A DNA stretch of 47,258 nucleotides. It comes from a bacterium (GTDB taxonomy: Bacteria > Patescibacteriota > Minisyncoccia > JBDRLZ01). The stretch covers positions 1-47,258 of the forward strand of contig JBDRLZ010000017.1 of assembly GCA_043812555.1 (NCBI GenBank), read 5' to 3'. The first letter of the stretch is position 1, and the number at the start of each line of letters is the position of its first letter. This document shows positions 42,581 through 47,258 of this stretch, one piece after another. The translations under genes were made by a program, and so were the position numbers. The notes under the pieces are model-generated. The model worked only from the letters and a program-made list of their open reading frames with translations, was not told where the DNA came from and ran no database searches.

Positions 42581-42643
42581 ATTTAGTTTTCAAACTTTAA
42601 TTAAAAGATATCAAAAAAATTAAGTTTTGTCAAGTGGACGATG
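42581..42643. repeat. 63-nt perfect direct repeat, copy 1 (includes a 9-nt fragment of the tRNA-Val 3' end)
   Basis: Identical to 45114-45176 when read base by base. It continues imperfectly through the SD region (42571-42580). Confidence 0.95.
42605..42633 (-). promoter_or_regulatory. promoter-like TTGACA-N17-TATCTT within repeat copy 1, upstream of the 361-aa gene
   Basis: Same sequence as 45138-45166. Confidence 0.4.
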
Positions 42644-43808
42644 TATTTTTTGTCAAAATAATAAGAGGAACAAACATTTCTTCTTGACTCACCCCGCCAT
42701 GGCACGCCTTAAATTGACTCGCCATTGCCGGCTCTCCTGGTATTTGATCCTGGATAATATAATTTTTTTTCATTATAAGCACATAGTCCCCAATCCGGTC
42801 TAAAAATTTATTATCTTCCTTAAACAAACCAAACCAACCATCCTTGACCAGTTCATGGCTTTTATAAAGCCAACAAAAATTGTTTAAATACTGCTTTATA
42901 TAATGTTCAAATTCTTTGGTTCTATCTGGCTTTATGTAACAATAAGCCACTCGCGCTTCTCCACACAATGGGGCAATCATCATCTTGGTTAGTTCTGGGT
43001 GATCATCCAATTCTATTATTTCTGATTGATTAAAATCAATCAGACCATGGTCAGCAGTAATAATTAAAGCGGCATCGATTTTATCCATTAAATTTATAAA
43101 TTTCCCCAAATAACGATCAATCTCAATAAAATGTTCTAATGTTTTTTTTGATCGGGTGCCATATTTATGACAAACAGCATCAAAAGCTTGCCAATATGCA
43201 TAAATATATTTTCTCCTATTGCTAATTTTAGTAGCTCTTTGAATTTGGCTAAACAGGCCTTGTAAATTTTTAAAAGTATAGAGCGTGGCTCCTTTTGTTA
43301 TTGCAGACGAAAATTGAGAATGGGCATAATTTTCAGGATATATGATGTAAGAATCAATTTTTGTTCTGGTGAAAATATTCTTTGTATCAAAAAAATCTTT
43401 AATTTCTAGACCATATTTATCCAGTGGAATTTTTCCACTTCTCGTAGTGAATTGGATGAGTTCTGTGGCCATTCCTATCTCTTTTAAATACATGCGCCAA
43501 CCTGTTATCGCGTGCTGATTAGGCGCAACCCCAGTAATAAAGCTGGTGATGGCTGTCGCTGTAGTGGCTAAAAAAACAGATGTTAATTTTTTTCTCAGAT
43601 TCTTACTCATCAAGCTATTTTTGCCCGCGTTTAGCAAATAATTATAGCCTAGGCCATCAATAACAAATAAAATAATATTTTTGTTTTTTAGCAGTTTTTG
43701 GTGGCCCAAAATATCCAACTCATTGTAGGGCGAGGGAATGCCTAATGCTTGCTGGATAGAGCTCATTAAATTTATAATACTCTGGTTATAATCTGGTTTT
43801 ATTATCAT
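42630..43808 (-). CDS. alkaline-phosphatase-superfamily enzyme (nucleotide pyrophosphatase/phosphodiesterase-like)
   Basis: Has FVIDGLGYNYL (metal-binding Asp), TTATAITSFITG (Thr/Ser nucleophile region) and ITADHG. No TM segment. Confidence 0.6.
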   Translation of the reverse strand: MIIKPDYNQSIINLMSSIQQALGIPSPYNELDILGHQKLLKNKNIILFVIDGLGYNYLLNAGKNSLMSKNLRKKLTSVFLATTATAITSFITGVAPNQHAITGWRMYLKEIGMATELIQFTTRSGKIPLDKYGLEIKDFFDTKNIFTRTKIDSYIIYPENYAHSQFSSAITKGATLYTFKNLQGLFSQIQRATKISNRRKYIYAYWQAFDAVCHKYGTRSKKTLEHFIEIDRYLGKFINLMDKIDAALIITADHGLIDFNQSEIIELDDHPELTKMMIAPLCGEARVAYCYIKPDRTKEFEHYIKQYLNNFCWLYKSHELVKDGWFGLFKEDNKFLDRIGDYVLIMKKNYIIQDQIPGEPAMASQFKACHGGVSQEEMFVPLIILTKNTSST

Positions 43809-43845
43809 GAATATAGATAAAAAATATAGATAAAAAAGGGCAACT

Positions 43846-44268
43846 TTATTGCCCCTGCTGGAAGACTTGATTTTTTATTTTTTCTAAAATCATCGTTGTG
43901 CTTTGTTCCGCAAAACAAGGAAGTCTAATAATTTTACCCTTAAACCCCTTGTTTTTCAAAGCTTTTTCTAATTTTACAATGTCGAATTTTTGATCAAATC
44001 CCAGAACTAATATATCGGGATTAATATCTAAAATTGTTTTGTATTTATCGCCATTTGGGCCGATAAATGCTTTATCAACGGGCTTAAGCGCTTCAACTAA
44101 TTCCACTCTTTCCTCCTGGGAATTAATTGGAATGCGTTTCTCCTCCTCACAAACCTTGTCACAAGAAACAAGGACTATCAGCTCGTCCCCAAGACTTTTC
44201 GCTTTCTGCAAAAAATGTAAATGACCAATGTGGATAATATCAAAGACTCCCGTAGCTAAAATTTTCAT
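43846..44268 (-). CDS. cytidylyltransferase-family nucleotidyltransferase (TagD/RibL-like, HxGH)
   Basis: MKILATGVFDIIHIGHLHFLQKAKSLGDELIVLVSCD. 140 aa. Confidence 0.7.
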   Translation of the reverse strand: MKILATGVFDIIHIGHLHFLQKAKSLGDELIVLVSCDKVCEEEKRIPINSQEERVELVEALKPVDKAFIGPNGDKYKTILDINPDILVLGFDQKFDIVKLEKALKNKGFKGKIIRLPCFAEQSTTMILEKIKNQVFQQGQ

Positions 44269-44271
44269 TGG

Positions 44272-45096
44272 TTACCTCCTTGCTCCCATTTGACGAAAGA
44301 CTTCTATTTGTTTTCCATGAAGACGCACAATATGCCAAAGTAAATCAAAAAGCGTATTAAATCCCAAGATGTTTCTTACAAATCGTTTCTTTACCTTGTG
44401 TGAATATGTGAAAGAATACGATTCAATGGAAAAATCAGGGAATATCAACAACTGAATAAAATTTTCCGAAGGCAATTTATATGCAACACTAAAATTAAGT
44501 GGATTTGAATCGTTAATCGTGTCAATAAATTTCATATAATCTGTTTCTGAAATACTCGAATTAGTATTTGTGTAGATATGCCAGTCTGTTATATTGCTTA
44601 CAGACAAAATTTCTTCTCTCAAATTCAGAAAAAATGGCAATTCGTTCAAATTACTAATGACACTGTTTATGCGTACTTTTTCATGTATGCCATATCTTTT
44701 TAAAGTCAAAAAAATGTGATCGGGATAAAAAACATTTTTTTGCTTTCGCTCAACAGCACTTTTATGCATTGGGTCAATGGATATTACAAGGGTTTCAATG
44801 TAATCATTCAAGTAACAATGACGGGGCGCTATATCATTCCCGTGAGTTAATAAATATCTTACAAAAAACTTTTCTGATAGTCTGTAAAGAATTGTTTCTA
44901 GTCTATCATGCAAAAGCGGTTCACCTCCGCCAACAAAACATTGTTTGACATTGATCTCTTGCAAATAATCAATAAGATGCGACTCCAGATCTAAATATTT
45001 TACTTTATTCCTGCTTTTTTGAAAGCAGCCTTCACAGACCAAATCACAATGTTTGCCTACAAGCATGATGCCGATATCAAATATTATCTCGTCCAT
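44272..45096 (-). CDS. small radical SAM enzyme (viperin/MoaA-like core)
   Basis: Has CDLVCEGC (CxxxCxxC), GGGEPLL and RINSVIS blocks. ATG at 45096 lies 8 nt after AAGGAG. The TTG at 45126 in the ORF track lies inside the repeat. Confidence 0.7.
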   Translation of the reverse strand: MDEIIFDIGIMLVGKHCDLVCEGCFQKSRNKVKYLDLESHLIDYLQEINVKQCFVGGGEPLLHDRLETILYRLSEKFFVRYLLTHGNDIAPRHCYLNDYIETLVISIDPMHKSAVERKQKNVFYPDHIFLTLKRYGIHEKVRINSVISNLNELPFFLNLREEILSVSNITDWHIYTNTNSSISETDYMKFIDTINDSNPLNFSVAYKLPSENFIQLLIFPDFSIESYSFTYSHKVKKRFVRNILGFNTLFDLLWHIVRLHGKQIEVFRQMGARR

Positions 45097-45113
45097 ATCA
45101 CGATCTCCTTTAT

Positions 45114-45176
45114 ATTTAGTTTTCAAACTTTAATTAAAAGATATCAAAAAAATTAAGTTTTGTCAAGTGGACGATG
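45114..45176. repeat. 63-nt perfect direct repeat, copy 2 (overlaps the genuine tRNA-Val 3' end)
   Basis: Identical to 42581-42643. Confidence 0.95.
45138..45166 (-). promoter_or_regulatory. promoter-like TTGACA-N17-TATCTT immediately downstream of tRNA-Val, upstream of the radical SAM gene
   Basis: The -35 is at 45161-45166 and the -10 at 45138-45143. Confidence 0.4.
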
Positions 45177-45240
45177 CAGGACTTGAACCTGCGGCCTTTC
45201 GGATGTGAACCGAACGCTCTAGCCGCTGAGCTAATCGTCC
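45168..45240 (-). tRNA. tRNA-Val (anticodon CAC)
   Basis: The reverse complement is GGACGATTAGCTCAGCGGCTAGAGCGTTCGGTTCACATCCGAAAGGCCGCAGGTTCAAGTCCTGCATCGTCCA. The acceptor stem is a perfect 7 bp, the anticodon loop is TTCACAT and the T loop is TTCAAGT. Confidence 0.9.
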
Positions 45241-45241
45241 T

Positions 45242-45814
45242 TTATTCAATTCCAACTCTGTCCAGCAAAATCTGCTTCGGCCCCTCGAGCATCTCCAAGA
45301 CAAATTTGTCAAACATATTTTTGCGGTATCTAAACTCGCTTGAATCCATAATAACATAATCAATTTCTTTGCCAACCTCGGCTTCCAAATTCTTGAGCAA
45401 AGTTTCTAGTTTTCTCTTGTGAATAACCTCGCCAACCATAAAAAGATCAACCCGCGTATTATCAGTATTAACAAAAACGCCGCTTAAAATTATCAACTTT
45501 AGTTTGCCTATCTTTTTAAGCTGTTTTAAAATCTTTTCTTTGGCAACCGGCGTTGAACGCAGAACCAAGTTTTTAAGTTCGTTATAAAAATCAAAGTCCG
45601 GGTTAATAACAAAAGCCTTGTTGCGGTAATTAACAATCTTAATAGCTTTCAGCTTGTCAAGTTCGCGCCGGGCGGCAAAATAATCAACCTTGGCTCTTTC
45701 AGAAACCGCTTTAACCCGAAAGCCATTTTCAGGATTGCGAAACATAAGCTTCAAGACTTTGGCTCTTGTTTTGGAATTAAATAATTCTTCAAGTATCTCT
45801 GGCATTGTTGTCAT
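45242..45814 (-). CDS. winged-helix transcriptional-regulator-like protein
   Basis: The N-terminal LFNSKTRAKVLKLMFRNPENGFRVKAVSERAKVDYFAARRELDKL is ArsR/wHTH-like. The stop lies 1 nt from the tRNA-Val 5' end. Confidence 0.5.
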   Translation of the reverse strand: MTTMPEILEELFNSKTRAKVLKLMFRNPENGFRVKAVSERAKVDYFAARRELDKLKAIKIVNYRNKAFVINPDFDFYNELKNLVLRSTPVAKEKILKQLKKIGKLKLIILSGVFVNTDNTRVDLFMVGEVIHKRKLETLLKNLEAEVGKEIDYVIMDSSEFRYRKNMFDKFVLEMLEGPKQILLDRVGIE

Positions 45815-45846
45815 AATAATAAAAATATTGTAAAATGTAAATAGCT

Positions 45847-47258
45847 ATGAACCAAGAAAAAATTTTTGTTTATAATGACGAAAAAAATTTGGGCCAGCTT
45901 TATATTTTAGGCAAAGTCAGAAGCGGCTCTCAAGAAGAGCAGTCTTACTTGGCTAATCTAATTGCTTCAACAATAAGAAGAGAATATTATGATTATCCTG
46001 AACGCAAGCCCTTAGAAGCTTTAAAAGCCAGTTTGCAAAAAGCCAATGTTATTCTTGAACGGTTTAATAAAAAAGCAAATTTTATCTGCGCTGTTCTTTA
46101 TCGAGGACGGCTTTATTTGACTCAAACAAAAGGCAATTGTTTTGCCAGAATTAATAAAGCTAAGTTTGAGGCGCTGGAAAATTATAAACCGTTTGCTGAC
46201 TCTTATCAAGCCTCTCCCCTGCCCTTAACAGAACCAAAGCGGTTTTGGGCTTATCTTAACATAGATAATTTTCAAAAAGCGCTGATTGGGTTTTATTTAA
46301 TTTTTATTATTATTTTCAGCAGCGCTGTTTATATTTCTCAAAACAAAGAGGAAAAACAGCAGATTATTAATTATCAAAATGTTTTAAGTCAAGCCAAACA
46401 GAAATTTCTTCAAGCTGAAGCGGTTTTGATGTTTAATCAAAACGACCGAGCCAAAACTCTCTTAGAAGAATCTCAAAATATATTAACTTCTTTGCCTGAT
46501 TTGCCGGATAAAATTAATTTAAATCAGCAAATTGCAGAACAAATTAATAAATCAAATAAATTAACTGAAATTAATAATATTAAAAGTATTAAATCAGGCG
46601 AGCCAATTAGCGGCATAGTTAAAATTCAAAAAAATATTTATGCTTTTGATTCAAGCAATAATGCTATTTATCAAATTAACGATTTAATCAAGCCTGTTTC
46701 AACAACTTCTGTTAATTTAGGTTACATTCAAAAGGCAGTGGTTTTTCAGCCGGAAGATATAATTGTTTTTTTAACTAATACGCCGGGCTTGGCAATTTAT
46801 ACACCAAATAAGAATTTAAGCAAGTCTCAAGTTGATTTGCCTTCGGTCTTGATTAAAGATATTTCAAGTTATAATCAATTTATCTATGCTTTGGGCGAAA
46901 ACCAAATTTATAGATATTCTCGGACATTAGCTGGATTTTCAGGCCCTTATTCTTGGCTGAAACAAAAAACAGATTTTGTAAATCCGATTTCTATGGCAAT
47001 TGACGGCGATATTTATGTTTTGGACAATGATCAGGTTTTAAAATTTTTCAGAGGCATTCGCGAAGATTTTAATTTAAATCTTGAATTAAATCAGCCGATT
47101 AAAATTTTTACTTTGCCCAATTTAAATAATCTCTATGTTCTTGAAAAAAACAGGCTTTTGGTTTTTGATAAAACCGGCCAGTTAATTTCACAAATCACCA
47201 GCGCTCAATTTACTAACTTAAAAGACATTTGGGTTGATAAAGACAAGACAATTTATTT
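45847..47258 (+). CDS. large hypothetical membrane protein, 3' end cut by the window edge (absent from the ORF track)
   Basis: A manual codon-by-codon read from ATG 45847 finds no stop through 47258 (470 codons). It has a ~150-aa N-terminal cytoplasmic part, one TM helix (LIGFYLIFIIIFSSAVYI), a helical region, then repeated IYxxD / VLD beta-propeller-like units. Confidence 0.65.
   Translation, partial: MNQEKIFVYNDEKNLGQLYILGKVRSGSQEEQSYLANLIASTIRREYYDYPERKPLEALKASLQKANVILERFNKKANFICAVLYRGRLYLTQTKGNCFARINKAKFEALENYKPFADSYQASPLPLTEPKRFWAYLNIDNFQKALIGFYLIFIIIFSSAVYISQNKEEKQQIINYQNVLSQAKQKFLQAEAVLMFNQNDRAKTLLEESQNILTSLPDLPDKINLNQQIAEQINKSNKLTEINNIKSIKSGEPISGIVKIQKNIYAFDSSNNAIYQINDLIKPVSTTSVNLGYIQKAVVFQPEDIIVFLTNTPGLAIYTPNKNLSKSQVDLPSVLIKDISSYNQFIYALGENQIYRYSRTLAGFSGPYSWLKQKTDFVNPISMAIDGDIYVLDNDQVLKFFRGIREDFNLNLELNQPIKIFTLPNLNNLYVLEKNRLLVFDKTGQLISQITSAQFTNLKDIWVDKDKTIY

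Noticed and set aside
45163-45375. Track ORFs 45163-45375(-) and 45174-45359(+)
   Set aside because: Both run through the tRNA-Val gene and the 3' end of the wHTH gene, so they are spurious.
1-47258. CRISPR arrays, rRNA genes, transposases or integrases, prophage structural genes
   Set aside because: No regularly spaced repeat arrays, rRNA-like conserved stretches or recognisable recombinase motifs were seen on either strand.

Overview
This is an AT-rich, tightly packed bacterial window. By eye it is roughly one-third G+C, with many overlapping gene junctions. Many universal proteins are shortened: AspRS lacks the GAD insertion, and GrpE, DnaJ, GltX, MurE and Tgt are all compact. Type IV pilus pilMNO sits next to a Cys-rich surface protein. 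Together this fits a reduced-genome Patescibacteria/CPR-like organism, which is inference, not shown.

Housekeeping content:
- trxB-like gene (5' partial) coupled to a compact [NiFe]-hydrogenase large subunit
- pilMNO
- a pyrF-pyrE fusion
- tgt, dnaB, polX, dgkA, lemA
- dnaK with a truncated dnaJ
- tRNA-Lys, aspS, a D-Ala-D-Ala carboxypeptidase, tspO, murE, radC, gltX
- rpmA, rplI, an S41 protease, an FKBP isomerase
- smpB, a minimal tmRNA, infC, rplT, grpE
- tRNA-Val

The standout is a 15-gene minus-strand block at 30947-37725 that is a complete gas-vesicle (gvp) cluster. Its order is gvpA, coiled-coil, DnaJ-type zinc finger, coiled-coil, gvpN, four unassigned genes, gvpF, gvpG, gvpO, gvpL, a gvpS-gvpK fusion and gvpJ. 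It has several non-canonical members. Its gvpA leader contains a leaderless upstream ORF (uORF), an (AG)10 microsatellite and a terminator-like hairpin.

A second candidate system is a three-gene cassette: a small radical SAM enzyme, a TagD-like cytidylyltransferase and an alkaline-phosphatase-superfamily enzyme. It is bracketed by perfect 63-nt direct repeats that include the 3' end of tRNA-Val.

Several other small insertions are also flanked by direct repeats copied from the neighbouring gene's promoter or 3' end. No rRNA, CRISPR array, transposase or integrase was seen.

All homology calls are by-eye motif recognition. No searches were run.
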